Assembly (NCBI RefSeq): GCF_036321535.1
Contig: NC_087437.1
Span: 58,034,001-58,098,000 of the forward strand
Direction of reading: 5' to 3'
DNA: 64,000 nt
Source: Camelus dromedarius
Taxonomy: Eukaryota
The notes beneath the pieces were generated by a model that was not told the origin of the DNA, searched no databases, and saw nothing but the letters and a program-made list of their open reading frames with translations. This document shows, piece by piece, positions 25,690 through 38,249 of this stretch (position 1 is the stretch's first letter; every line of letters starts with the position of its first letter). The translations under genes were made by a program, and so were the position numbers.

Positions 25690-26170
25690 CAAAAGGTAAT
25701 AGATCCACACAATGGAATATTATTTGGCTATAAAAAGGAATAAAGTTCTGATACAGGCTACAAAATGGATGAACCTTGAAAGTCTGCTCAGTGAAAGAAG
25801 CCAGAAGCCAGACAAAAGGACACATACCATGATTCCATTTGTTAGGTCCAGAACGTCTAGAATAGGCAAACCTATACTCAGAAAGCAGATGAGTAATATG
25901 AAAACAAATATGTGTATGTGTATGTATGACTGGGACAATATGCTGCATATCAGAAATTGATACATTGTAACTGACTATACTTCAATCAAAAAAAAAGAGA
26001 GAGAGAGATTAGTGGTTGCCAGGGGCTGCTGCGGAAGGGGAAAGGGAAATGACTGCTCATGGGCACAGGCTTTCTTTTCGAGGTGATGAAAATGTTCTGG
26101 AATTAGATAGTGGTGATCACTGTGCAACTTTGTAAATATGCCAAAACCACTAAATTGCACATTTTAAAAA
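25690..26170 (+). mobile_element. Old L1MB-like 3' end, interrupted by a younger L1 tail
   Basis: Peptide MEYYLAIKRNKVLIQATKWMNLE (ORF2 C-terminus); agattagtggttgccagggg; gatgaaaatgttctggaattagatagtggtgat. Confidence 0.88.
25895..25997 (+). mobile_element. Very short camelid L1 3' end nested in the older L1
   Basis: aatatgaaaacaaatatgtgtatg...cattgtaactgactatacttcaat plus A tail; similar to 15621-15720; host sequence agatgagt/agattagt repeated on both sides. Confidence 0.82.
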
Positions 26171-27483
26171 AAAGGGGGTATTTATTCCTCCTCTTCCTCC
26201 TCTATGAGCTACTCCAGAACTGGGTGCAAGTGTTATCACGGAATCCCCTAAAGTCCCCAACAAGAGGCAAGACAAACTAAATGTCAAATAAACCAAGTAA
26301 CCGGCGACAAATGTGGAGCCAAAATTTTCTAGGAAATATCAACAAAGTCTAGAACAACTAAGCAGCTGCAAAGAATGACCAACTTGGGCAAAGTTTCATC
26401 CCCCCCAGGCATCTGGAGTTGGGCCAGCACATACTCATTCACTGCGGCTGAGGGTCAAAGGCAGGTTCTGCCAACAGGGGAAATAATCAAACAGCAGAAC
26501 TTGGACAATCCAGTTCAGGATTTAAAAAAAAGGAGGCGGGGAGGACTTCATCCTTTCAGCTGGGTTCATAATCAGAGACCTCAATCAGCATGCCCAGCAT
26601 CAATTTCCGACATGCAGACCTATTTATACAGGCTCCCTTTAATCGATGTAATGGCTACAAAAATAAATGAACTGGAAAGGAGGGTTGGAAGGAGAGAGAA
26701 TGCCACAGGAAACAAAGAGGCACATATTTCAAAGCAACAGTTTCTTTGTTAGAACTGGCAGTCAGTGAAGAATTCTTAATTATATCCTACCACTCAGCTG
26801 AACCATCCTTGCAACCTGTTCTATGTACATGTTCTAGAGGTCATTTTCTCAGCAGAAATTTTTTAAGGAGGGGAAAAACAGAGGAAGGGGAAATGAGGTA
26901 AAGTCTCAAATAAGAAAAGGAAAATAGTGTTTTCATTTTATGGTGGAGAGAAAAAGAGAAATGTCCTTTCTTACATTGCCCAGAGCCCAGAGGCTTATAA
27001 ATATAGGAAATTTAAAACAATTAGAATGAATCAAATGTATTAGTATGGTTGACATAATTGGAAGAGGGATAAACAAACAGGTGAAGCGCAGTCGTCCAGT
27101 AAATCCTCCAAATGTGCCTTAGAATTTTCAGACTGAACTCCCCACCGCAGAGCCGCTGGACAGTCTTTCCAGGTCACTTTAATCAAGATGCCCATTTTCT
27201 CTGCCTGTAGCAATCCTATTACATTTCCAGACTTCTCTGGGTTTGCCTGTTTCTATTTTCAAGAGCACTCAGAAATCCAGATTCTTAAAAGGGCTTTTAA
27301 ACCACCTCATCATCTTTGATTTTTCTCAGCTACTTTTCTTTCCCATTATCACTGCCCTGTATCCAGCCCTCAACATTTCTCTCCCTCTGAGACTATTTCA
27401 ATCGCCATTGACCTCATTTATCTTTAGTATACTGACTCGTTGATACACCTTCCACACACCCCGGTATTTATAACTGGACAAAC

Positions 27484-27505
27484 GAATGAATGAATGAATG
27501 AATGA
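27484..27505. repeat. (GAAT)n, likely an L2 tail
   Basis: gaatgaatgaatgaatgaatga. Confidence 0.85.
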
Positions 27506-27929
27506 AATTTAAACTCCTTAGCCTGGGCTTTAAGACTAATCATATCCACTAACCACATCAGCCTTCCAGGCTCTTCTCTCATTTGATCCCACTCTGCTCC
27601 ACATCACCACACCCTTTCACAGTCATTCTACTCCCTGATGACTCTGTCAGAATTCAACACTCCTTTCTCTACAGGGCAGTTCCGTGGTAAGTGGTTTTTC
27701 ACACTAAGGTAGCATTTAATTCAATGTGACTTTTATTATTTGATGCTCACCAAGTTTCAGTTCACCACAGATGTAACCATGTCTCATCTACAATGCCTGA
27801 CTGAGTACCTATGATAGGCCAAAGTAAGGCCTACAGCAATGGTGTTGGGGTTACAACCGGAGTGCCGTTCAGTAAGTGCATACTAAATATATCAATGAAT
27901 AAATGACTCCAATAGAAAAATAATGCCCA

Positions 27930-28170
27930 TAAACATTGATTTTGCACTATGCTAAATGACAGGCACTCTACTAAAGGTTTCACCTATTTTTCTGGTTTTT
28001 TTTTTTTTAAATCATATCCTCAAATGACCTTTTAGGTAAGCACTATCATTTCCATTTTACAGATAAGGAGACTGAGGTTCCAGCTGCAAAGATCACAGGG
28101 TCAAAACGCAGCAGTGCCAGGGTTCTGCGCTAGGTCTGCTGACTCCAGAACTCATCCTCTTGAATATTAA
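27930..28170 (-). mobile_element. MIR SINE
   Basis: ccattttacagataaggagactgagg...taggtctgctgactccagaac. Confidence 0.8.
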
Positions 28171-28743
28171 CATCCTCTCCCTCTGCCTTCCCCTGCTCCA
28201 CCCACTTTTATTCAATGGGTAGAAAATGAAGCTTTGGGGAAGCTGAAAAGCAAGACAAAGGCATCAGAGATCTACACTCAGAATAAAGGGAATCAGGAGA
28301 GCTGTGGTCAGGAGGGGCTGCTCCACCGGGTCTCACCAGAGGACAGGTTTGAAGGGGTCAGACGTGGGGTACCTTCCATCAGCACAAGCCCTGGAGCCTT
28401 GGCGTACCCCAGGTGATCTCGGTTGAACACCCAGCTCTCATACTTTTTAACGGTGTGAGCTTGTGCAGATCAGCTTCAGCCCTCTGCAGCATCAGTTTCC
28501 TCCCGGCTTCAGTGAGGCTCACATTGCACAGAAGAAATGAATCACGGACAAGTCCGGACTCTAAGCACCACATGCAAAGAGACCCAGTTCCCTTTCTCAC
28601 AGCTCTACCCGAGCCCCTGGCCCTGCACTTGCCACATTTCCTTAAGTCTGGATCATGGTTTCTTGGGTATTTCTCTTGCCCATAATAACCTTCTGCCTAC
28701 TTGATATCTAAATGGAGGAACTGATTAAAGAAGAAAAAGCTCC

Positions 28744-28860
28744 GGGGCAGGGGGACATAGCTCAGTGTATTCAGTGGTAGAGTGCATGTTTAGCATGCAC
28801 AAGGTCCTGGGTTCAATCCTCAACATCTCCATTTGAAAAAAAAAAGAAGAAGAAACTTAA
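28744..28860 (+). mobile_element. tRNA-Ala-derived camelid SINE (Vic-1-like)
   Basis: atagctcagtg(tattcagtg)gtagagtgcatgtttagcatgcacaaggtcctgggttcaatcc...ctcca plus poly-A; small internal duplication in the A box. Confidence 0.88.
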
Positions 28861-30869
28861 TGATCACATCATTATCATCATCATCACCACCGTAAAACAT
28901 AAGGAAAAAAAATTAGGCAAAAATAAAACAAATTTAAAAATCATATGTTCCAGCAGGCAAGCGAGGAGAAGAGCTTGCATTTCATTACAGCTTCCATGAC
29001 TGCACACCGTTTACAATGGAAGAGAGATAAAGAGAAGGAAAAAAAAAAAAAAAGAAACATGAGGAAATAGATTAAAAAACCTAACTGATATCCTAAATGT
29101 GTAATCAGAAAGAACAAGCCTTGGACCATAAATGGAAAGACCTGCTCAGAGAGAGCCGACTGAAGGCCCGAACTGAACAGTCCCAGCGATCTGTGGGAGA
29201 AGAAATATTCTGAAATGGCATAACGTAGGCACACAGAACAAAGCGTTTTTATCTGGCTCCCAAACAATTAAATGAACCTGCCAATTCCATGTGGAAGATG
29301 GGCTTTAAAGCACTGCAGCCCAGCCGAGGGAGCATTCAGAGTGAGTCGGAATTCATTAGATGCCAGAGGAGGCGCAGATACAGATTTCTGAACAGGCGTC
29401 TCCAACCCAGGCCAGAAGGAGCCCGAGGCCGCCCAGAGCCGGCTGAGGACTCAAAGGGAAACCATCCTTGGATTAACCCATCCAGCCTGCACACCATGCC
29501 CTGCTCCTGGGCCCCGTTCCTCCCATAGGCTTTGCTAGTCCACAGGCCCATAATCTCTGAGGAATTACAAACATGAGGCTAAAGAGGAAAAAGCCCTGGT
29601 TGCAGGTTAGGAAGACATGGGCTCAATTCTCAGCCTGCCCCTCATGCATGCAGAGAGAGGAGGGAAACCCCGCCCTCTGAGACAGTTTCCTCCCTCACCT
29701 GCGCAGTGGGCAAAGGCAGGAATGCATCGCATCAGGAAATCGGTTCCTAAATCAATGGGCAAAAACCAAATATGTTAAAAGCAGCCTTCAAAATCCCTAC
29801 ACTCACCCAAATGGCAGGGTCAACATGTTTTAATGCTTCTACCATGAGAGCACATGGGTCCTGAGGCCAAAGGAGAGAGAAGAGACTCATGTCTCCATCA
29901 TCTATCTCTTGCCCCCAAGGACACTGCCTTCTGGTGGGATTCCAGACACCAAGTACCAACACCATTTAAATCGCTCTCTCTCTTTGCATTTTTTTCCAAG
30001 TCATATTACTACACTTCTGTGATTCAATGGGCACAAAATATAACATCGTCTTTTAAGTCCTACCTCAATCGCTGGGATGTCTAAAGACCAATAGGGTAAG
30101 ACAGATGTGAAAGCACTGTGAAAACGACCAAGTGTCTTATGATAATATTATTCACCAGCCATGCTGCGACCTTCCAGAGGACTTATCAGAAAGTATTTCC
30201 AGTATCTAACACAGAGCCTAACAGACTTCCCAGGCGCTCTATAAATAATGGAGATCAATGGATAAAGCTATGAATCAGCCAACCCTCAGTTCAGTGTCAT
30301 CTTCTGCAGGTCATGAAGGGGACAAGACATGTTCCTGGGCCTGCTGCACAAGTACTCACAAGCTATTTGGAGAAGACAATCTCCCAGGACACACAGCTCT
30401 GAAGACGATACACCTGCAGGTGCTTCTTACAGGGTACAGCCCACAGCATAAGCCGCAGAGCAGTCTGTGAGCTGGACTCATTAGCAAGGAATCCTACGTG
30501 GGATGAGGCCTGAACCAGGATTTCATAACACAAAATAGAGGAACTTTGGAGCTGGGAGAGCTCTTTAAGAGTCAGTTATTCAACTCCTTTATTTTAAGGT
30601 TGAGAAAACTAAGCCTTTGGAAGGGACTCTTGGGTACTGGGTTCACACAGCAATGGCAGAACCATCACCAGAGACCAAGGACCCAGAGGGGTCCCTGATC
30701 CCTCACTGAGTAATAACTGCACCATACAGAACAGGTCCTGCTTCACCTCACTGGGAACAGCAGTAAAACAAACCTGGTCACCAGTATTCACTCTAAAGTC
30801 ACTTATTAAGCACCAGGAGACAAAATGCTGGACGGCACGGCAAGACACACACACGCTCTCCCGTATCTT

Positions 30870-31220
30870 TCTTTCTCCCTCCTCCTCCTGCTTCCCTCAA
30901 AAGTGGTCCCTGGCCACAATGAAGCTGGGAGAGTGCCTGAAGGAGGTCAGAGAAGAAGACAGCACTTCCATCTTCAGATCCCAGCTCAAGTATCACCCTC
31001 CCAGTAAGGCCTCTCTCCTGGACCACTATTCCATTAAATGACAAGCCCACCCCTGCTCTACTGCCTGACATCCTACACATACATTTTTACTCTCCCTCTC
31101 CTGAGTAGGGTGTAAGGGCCATGGGCAGTGACCTTTGTCTGTTTTCCTCAGTGCTTCATCCACAGTATCAAGCACGGGTTAGGTACTCGATGAAATGTTT
31201 ACTGAAAACAATGAATAAAA
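30870..31220 (+). mobile_element. L2 LINE 3' region
   Basis: catcttcagatcccagctcaagtatcaccctc...tgtaagggccatgggcagtgacc...aatgtttactgaa. Confidence 0.65.
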
Positions 31221-31812
31221 ATAGAAATCAAGGGCTTCATGAAGAAAACATCATTTGACCTCATCCTGAGATGATAGATGGTATTTGGAAAAGACAAAAC
31301 ACAAAAACCAGATACTGATATGAGCAGGAACCAAAGTAGACATCACGGGCAGAGGAAGCGGTGTAAACACAAGTGAGGAGTTCCTTGTCCTAAATGCATG
31401 GTGAATAAAGAGAACTAAAGCAGAGATAATGAACAGTGAAACCCAAACCGTCTGGGAAAGTGTATACACATCATTCTGTATAAGGAGGGCTGGAAGGCTA
31501 CCACCCAGTCTCAGGAAGCCACTTTGGTAACCCCAGACCCACAGAGCACCTGTCAGAAAGCAATTCAGTTGGGGAGGGGATGGAAGAGGGGGAAAGAATG
31601 GCTCGAAGCCAGTGAATGTAGCTCAGACCTTCCAGCTGTTGTTTACAGGGCCAAGTGCTTCCCTGAGCCAAAACCCCACCTCCCTCTTGACTCTGCCTTG
31701 GCCTCAGAGGGCCCAGGAAGGCCAGCCAGGGTCTCTCCTGCAGTGTTTTCCACCCCCATCCAGATTCATGCCACAAAACTCCAGGCAGAAACTCACGGTG
31801 ATGTAGAGGACT

Positions 31813-31870
31813 CTTTTCTTTTCTTTTCTTTTCTTTTCTTTTCTTTTCTTTTCTTTTCTTTTCTTTTCTT
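31813..31870. repeat. (CTTTT)n microsatellite
   Basis: Seen directly. Confidence 0.96.
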
Positions 31871-32394
31871 GTTACTTATTTATTTTTTAACGTTGCAAAG
31901 ACTGATTGGGGAAACAAGTACATTTCAAAAGGAGAAAAGTCATTAGCATGCATAAAAAATAAAGGCAGTAGAATATTGATTGTGGCAATTTAGGAAAGCT
32001 GGCACCATGCACCACTCTAGTTCACAGGAAACTGAGAGAAAATATAGTCCACGTTGTATTTTAAGTGGAGAGAACACGGCCTGAGGACGCAGACCGTTGC
32101 TGAGTGTGCAGACAGCCTCTACACTGTGTCTGCCTGCCCGCTCCGGGGCCAGCACTGCAGGGCCACCCAGCACAAGTGGGGACATTAACAAGGTCTGGGG
32201 CAACTAACTTCTTCACTTACGTCCCTGTCTCAGAGGGCAGCCATTTTCACAAATCATGTAGACAAATCTGAAATAAATCCAGGGACACTACAGAGGGACT
32301 CAATCAATGTTCTGGAGAGGAAGGTTTTAAATACCAATTTTACTTCTGTAGACAAAAGCAGACTGCTAAATAGATAAGCTGATGATTTCTGAAG

Positions 32395-32550
32395 TGCTGC
32401 GGTGGTTCAGAGCAAAGTGCCTTGAACTAAAAACCAAAATTCCAACTAAAAACCTGAACTTCATTCCTGCTCTGGGGCCGCGTACCCCAAGTGACCTTGG
32501 GCAAATCATCGGAATTCTTTGGGCCTCTGCTTCCCTTCCTAACTGCATCT
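32395..32550 (+). mobile_element. MIR SINE
   Basis: gtggttcagagca...gtgaccttgggcaaatca...gggcctctgcttcc. Confidence 0.7.
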
Positions 32551-32679
32551 TAGGAGAATTAAACGGATATTCTTATCTCATTTAACTGTGACAACCCTGA
32601 GATGATACTATTATTAACTCCACTTAGCAAAGCAATTTTTCCAAACTCACAAGCGAGAGGTCCAGCCAGGCCTCGCAGG

Positions 32680-32950
32680 ACCAAGTCCTGTCCAAAAGGT
32701 CCGTAAGACATCTGGTCCACGTCAAAACGTCCTGGAAATATGGTCCTACCCAAAATGTCCACGAGCACATTTGTTCCATGCCAAATAGTTTCAGACAGGA
32801 CCCAATATCAAGGACCTTTGAGTGTGGATCAAATATCTCCATGTCCATGGACATTTTGGACAGGCCCAAGTATCAAAAATCTTTTGGCATGGACCAAATG
32901 TTTTATTGACCAAATGTCTTATGGACATTTTGGACAGAACCAAACATCTG
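32680..32950. mobile_element. Palindromic fold-back element made of ~29-bp subrepeats; probable ancient non-autonomous DNA transposon
   Basis: Outer arms 32685-32717 and 32908-32940 are inverted repeats (29/33 identical); about 4 copies of a GACATTTGGTCCnnnCCAAAATGTCC-like unit on the left and about 4 in reverse orientation on the right. Confidence 0.7.
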
Positions 32951-34054
32951 CTAACTGAGCCAGGAGTGCAAATCTGCCTGATTTCCAGTCTCATGTTCTT
33001 AATCCAAACCTTATACTGCCCTGGGGTTATCATCTCCAAACCCCTCCTGGTTCTGACCATCTAAGGCATTAATTTATTCATCTGTGTAAATTCATTCAAA
33101 TAGAAGGGCTGAGAGCCTACTTGTATCTGAGTATAGGAGGAGACCTCCCACCTAATGGTATGAAAGAGGTGTCCTCCGTCTCAGTAGCAAATCAGAAAAG
33201 CAGTAGAAACCCCTTAGAGCTCCAGATCATATCCGGGTTCTGTTCTGATCAGCTGTCTGGGGACAGACAAGCAGTACAGTGACCTCTAACAAAGAACCAT
33301 TTGTAATGACAGCCCCTTCTCGTACCCTCCCCCATTGCAATCTGTTATCATCTAATATGCAACATGCAATGCCAACTCTGTGATATGGTTGTGTCTGTAG
33401 GCTGGGGCCACAGGCCAAATGCAGCAGAGAAAAGTATAATCATACTAGGGTCAGGCCCTGTTCTCAGAGTCAAAACGCTAAATGAGAAGAACAGAGCTTA
33501 GCAGCACCACATGCAACCAAGAATAATCCAAGTGTTTCGAGGGTGGGTGTTGGCCACTAAGACAGTGTGACTGAAGCTGCAGGAATAGAAGTGGATTCCC
33601 GGGAAGTAGATGTGTCTGCTTTGATTTGTGCCCACACCACACCTGGAAAGTCCTCATTTCATTTCACCCAATGCACTGACAAACAGGGCGTTGCATCAGT
33701 GTGGAGGAAGCTTGGTAAGGAAACTATATCTGGACGAAGACTTGAGGAAACTGGGAAGATTTAGAGAGGAGAAGCCTTGGAGTCCAGAGGCACCATCTTC
33801 AGAACCTGAACGCTCTCCCTCCTCCCCCCAAAGGAGGAAGCTTATTATTCCATATTGACCATGACTGCTGAATGACAGGGACAGCAGGGAGGCAGAGCTG
33901 GGCCCAATTACAGCTGCCACCCAAATCTAGAAAATGTGCCTCTGGAGGAGGTAACTCCCCAGTGCTAGAGTCACTGAAGCAGGGACTGGACAACCACTGG
34001 AAGAAGAGGCTGAGAAGTCAAGGAGTCAAGATTTCATGATAGAGGTCAACGTGC

Positions 34055-34536
34055 TATTGTGGGTTGAACTGTGTCCTGCCCCTCCCCCCCAAAATAAAAT
34101 AAAAAATTCAAGACCTAACTCCCCACCTCCCTTACCTGTGAATGTGACCTTATTTGGAAACAGGGTCGTTGCAGATGTAATCAAGTTTGGATGGGGTCCT
34201 ACTGAATTAGGGTGGGCCCCTAATCCAGTAACTGGTGTCCTTTAAAGAAGAGGGACATTTGGACACAGATCCACACACAGAGGAGTTAGCCATGTTACAA
34301 TGGAGGCAGAAACTGAAGTGATGCAGCTACCGGACACGGAAAGCCAAGGATTGCCAGCAACCACCAGAAGCTAGGAAGAGGCGATGAAAAGGTTATTCCT
34401 TAGAGCCTGCAGAGAGCACGGCCCTGCCAGCCCTTTGATGTCAGAATTCGAGCCTCCAGAACTGTGAGGTATAAATTTGTTTTAAGCCACCCAATTTTGG
34501 ACAATGCATTACCGCAGAACTACGGACCTGACAACA
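34055..34536 (+). mobile_element. MLT1C-type solo LTR
   Basis: gggttgaactgtgtcc...tgtgaatgtgaccttatttggaaacagggtc...ccaaggattgccagcaaccaccagaagctaggaagagg...cctccagaactgtgag. Confidence 0.9.
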
Positions 34537-34679
34537 AGTAGCAAGCCCTGGCCCTAGTGACATTCTATCTACGTCTTAGGAACTGAGAGTTGTTTTCCAA
34601 GTGGGAATTTTGATGGGGTAATAATATTAATTTTTGAATCAGAAGGACTGTCAGGAAATCAGTTTTTTTGTTTGTTTTA

Positions 34680-35000
34680 CTTTTTAACTCATTCACTGAG
34701 TGCTCAGTATGTGACAGAAAGTCTGCTAAGCCCCGAGGCTACAAGGATAAAGGAGACGTGATTCCTGCCCTCAAAGAGCTCACCATCCACTTTCCACCAG
34801 AATGTGACAGATGTCTTTACACCAGTGAGAGGTGCTGTAACAGAGGCATTTACCAGCGCAGAGGTTAAGGAAAAGAGTAGAATGGTTGGTCATCTGTGAC
34901 AGTGGGGGGCAGGGAAGACCTTTTACAAAGGTTACATCTGCACTAGATCTTTAAAAAGTAGGTGTTCTCCTGGTGAACCAAATAAGGAAGTGCTTTCTAG
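34680..35000 (-). mobile_element. L2 LINE 3' fragment
   Basis: tcattcactgagtgctcagtatgtg...cctgccctcaaagagctcac. Confidence 0.65.
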
Positions 35001-36612
35001 ACATGACAGCCCAGTTCAAAGACCTTGGACCAACATCTCCAGATATGGGTAGATCAGGGTATAAGAAGGGACCAAAAATAAAACTCCAGAGCTATGAGGA
35101 AGCATCTCCTCCTTTACAGGAACTAGTTCAGGAAACCTCACAAGTGCTGGGACAATTCTGACTCCAATTTTTAAGAGTCCTAGTCAATTACTCCCCTCAC
35201 ACCCAGGGCACTACGTCATTCTCACTGCTCCATTTCAGAGTAACTAGAGTGCTATACCCCCTCCCCCACGCTGGTGACATACCCACCTTGCCGTTTTAAC
35301 GGGGATATCAAAACTTAAAATACGCATGGACGAAAAGCCAAGACAGAAGATACATCAGATGGCTTCCCTCACCCCAGCAGATTTTCAAGCCATTCATGTC
35401 TCCTCATTCTGGCATATGGAGACGGGAGAGGCAGAAATGAAACGAAACTAACAGCTGCTTCCCAACAGTGGAGGAGCATGAGAGGATGTCTGTGTCACAT
35501 ATGACGGCTCTGAGCGTTCTCAGAACATAATTACATAACCTCTGGTGTAGAGAGCCTCCCCCTTCCAGAGCACTCTCATGTGTCACTGGAGTTCAATCTT
35601 CTAACAACCGTGGGAGCCAAGGAGTGTCCGTGAGGTTAGCAGGCAGCCCAGGGGTTAGGTGAACTGCCAGTTAGAGGCTAACCCAAGGTTCAAGCTCAGC
35701 CTCTTGACCTCAGGGTGCTCTTGCCTCCATAGCTTTGTGTATTTGTCTTTTGAAGCATGGAAGACGCCTTCTGGGATGGTGTGCTGGGAAAATGGTTTGG
35801 TGGGCATAAATGGAAACGACTCACATTATATGAAGAGTCTACCGGAAGGGCTTAAAAAGAGCAATGCCTGCTTTCCTTCATCTTACATGTAAGAGGTGTT
35901 TCATGCATGTGATCTATAACCCCATCTCCACGTTCGGATTGTGGGAGTCTTAAGAAATGGGTTGAGGGTTAAGTAGGAAATTGAAGATGGGGGGTGCATG
36001 TAGCTGTGCTGAGCTTAGGGAGCAGACCTGGTCCCTCCAAACTCTCCTCCTGACCCCCCACCCCCACCATTCTACATTCAGTATATGACTTCTGTGTCCA
36101 ATATATGACTTTACCTGCCTCCTTTAAGAAACAAGGGCCAAGAAGTTGCTGATACCAAGGGTGATGATGAAATCAACTCCTGAGGAACTGAGAACAGAGC
36201 CACTGACCTTTTGCCCACAGATTTTTCTTTAAATATCACTATATTAAGCTACTTGTTCATCTCCAGGGCTCAGAACTCTTCCCAAATGCTCAGGTAAAGA
36301 AAGCAAGGGCAAACTTTAAATACAGACAAAAGCTACAACATACAAATTTAAGCCAGAATCACATTCTTCCTGAAAGAACTGAAAACGTGCCTGGCGTTAT
36401 TCCTTTAGAAGGATTAAAAACCAAAAAAGAACATCAATTAGATCGCATCTTCTGGCTGTAAGATGTCTCTCTGATTAAGAGCAGAATTAATACAAGGAAA
36501 TAAATGAAGCTTACATTTAATTAATCCCCTCATTCTGTCCCCTGGCCCAAAATGTGTGTTTTAGGGATTTATTTTTGCCTGATTTATAATGTTAAAGACA
36601 CAATGCATCTCA

Positions 36613-36671
36613 GCATGCATGTGTGCGCACACACACACGCACACACACACACGCACACACACGCACATATG
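36613..36671. repeat. (CA)n/(CG) imperfect dinucleotide repeat; 59-nt unbroken purine-pyrimidine alternation
   Basis: gcatgcatgtgtgcgcacacacacacgcacac...acgcacatatg. Confidence 0.93.
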
Positions 36672-37034
36672 ATTCTGAGCTGTAATTTATTCTTTCCCAG
36701 GTGCCCCGGGTTGTAAATGATTTCGAAACTGACTTAATTGTCTTGCATTTCCATGAAGGCAGCACCTGCTTTTGAGGCATTTGGGTGATCACATGAAACA
36801 TAAGGCTATAAAAAACAATCTGTCCTCACACCAGGTATAAGATAACTCAGAAGGAGAGAAGAAAGTTCCCATCTTTAGAGGAAGTGAGTCCACTGGTTTC
36901 CTGAGAAATTGCTGAAATACTAAGCACAACACGTTTTCTGACCATCTCTCTCCTCCGGCCTCACGTTCCCTGAAACAGAGGAAAGGATGTAAATTCCTCC
37001 CGGATGAGACGGGGGAACCTAGAGGGACTGGAGA

Positions 37035-37130
37035 AACCCATTTCCCGTCCCTCTCAGGGCCTGGCGCGAGCGCATGCGCACAGATGGCGAAAGCCAGGGG
37101 TTGGAAGGAGACAATAAACCCGGAAAACGT
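37035..37130. promoter_or_regulatory. Promoter-like motif cluster (NRF1, YY1-like, ETS-like)
   Basis: GCGCATGCGC at 37070-37079, AGATGGCG at 37082-37089, CCGGAA at 37120-37125; locally CpG-rich. Confidence 0.4.
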
Positions 37131-37629
37131 TGAAATATCGGGTTATGAAGTGACTTTCAAATAGGAATATGTCAGTGGCTCACTATAGTGGGAGGAGCAC
37201 TGGGGTGCAGGGAGGAGGAGGCAGCTCCGACAAGCGTGGAAGCCTCAGTCCCTTCTGCAGGACCCCCACGCCCCCTCCAGGGAGGAGAAATGTAACAGGC
37301 AAAGGAGCAGGAGCAGCACAACTCAGACCAGCTAGCGGGCTCAGGCGCCTGCTCCAGGCCGAGGCCGGAGTCCCAGCCGAGCAGCTCCACCAAACCGACA
37401 AGCAGCGTTATGTCGGCACCTCATCTGCAAAGAGGAAGCCCTCTGCTCCAGCTCCCCCAGCTCTGGGCCTCACAGCTGCAGAGCACAAGGAGAGGCAGCA
37501 AACGGTGGTTGAGGGCAGACGTTCTGGCTGGAGAGTGTGGACCCAGTCCTGGTTGTTGTTTCTTTCCATTTTATTTCTGAAAAAGAGGGCTCTTGGATCA
37601 ATCGCTGCTTCTTTGGCAGCCTCAGGTGT

Positions 37630-38065
37630 TTTATCTGTGAATGGACGGGGTCCTCTCCCCTGGAATCTAGGTGGACTCCTCAACCACGTGACCTACGGAA
37701 CCCATGGGAGGGATGCTTTGCGGGTTTTCGGGCCCAGGCCTTGGGAAGCTAGCAGCTGCCACTTCCCTTCTCTGGGAGCCCTGATCGTCCACGTAAGAAG
37801 TCTGACTTACACGGCAGCTGTCATGCTACGATACAGGCCAAGCTCATCATAGAGAAAGACTGGAGGTAAGGGAGAGATTAGAAGGAGCGAGGGAGAGAAG
37901 TGTCTGGCCAGCCCCCAGCTGAGGTACAGAAACCACAGAGCAGTGAGAAGCCATCCCCTCTGTACACTGTCTGAGTTCCTGACTCACAGAGTCATCACAT
38001 ACAGTAAGCTGTTATTTTACGCTACTAGGTTTTAGGGTCGTCCCAATGCAGCAATCAGTACTTGA
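37630..38065 (+). mobile_element. MLT1H-like solo LTR
   Basis: cctctcccctggaatctaggtgg...tccacgtaagaagtctgact...gagttcctgactcacagagtc...ttttacgctactaggttttaggg. Confidence 0.72.
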
Positions 38066-38249
38066 AGCAGGGACCTATAAAAGCCCTTCTAGCTCAAACA
38101 GCTCTGATCCTGTGACCTTTATGCATGTTGGTGGTCCTCCACTTCTTACCCATCCTCAGTACAGCAGCCAAATCCAGAAGTTAAAAGGGCCGGTTTATGT
38201 TGGACCTTCACTGTCTCTGTTCATTCTCCTCAGAGCCCAGGAACGTGAT

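Noticed and set aside
32680..32950. CRISPR-like repeat-spacer array
   Set aside because: Mammalian DNA; the units are degenerate, lack unique spacers, are arranged as inverted arms, and there are no cas genes
37169..37852. 227-aa plus-strand ORF downstream of the NRF1 cluster
   Set aside because: Low-complexity composition, no recognisable family, and its 3' part lies in an MLT1 LTR
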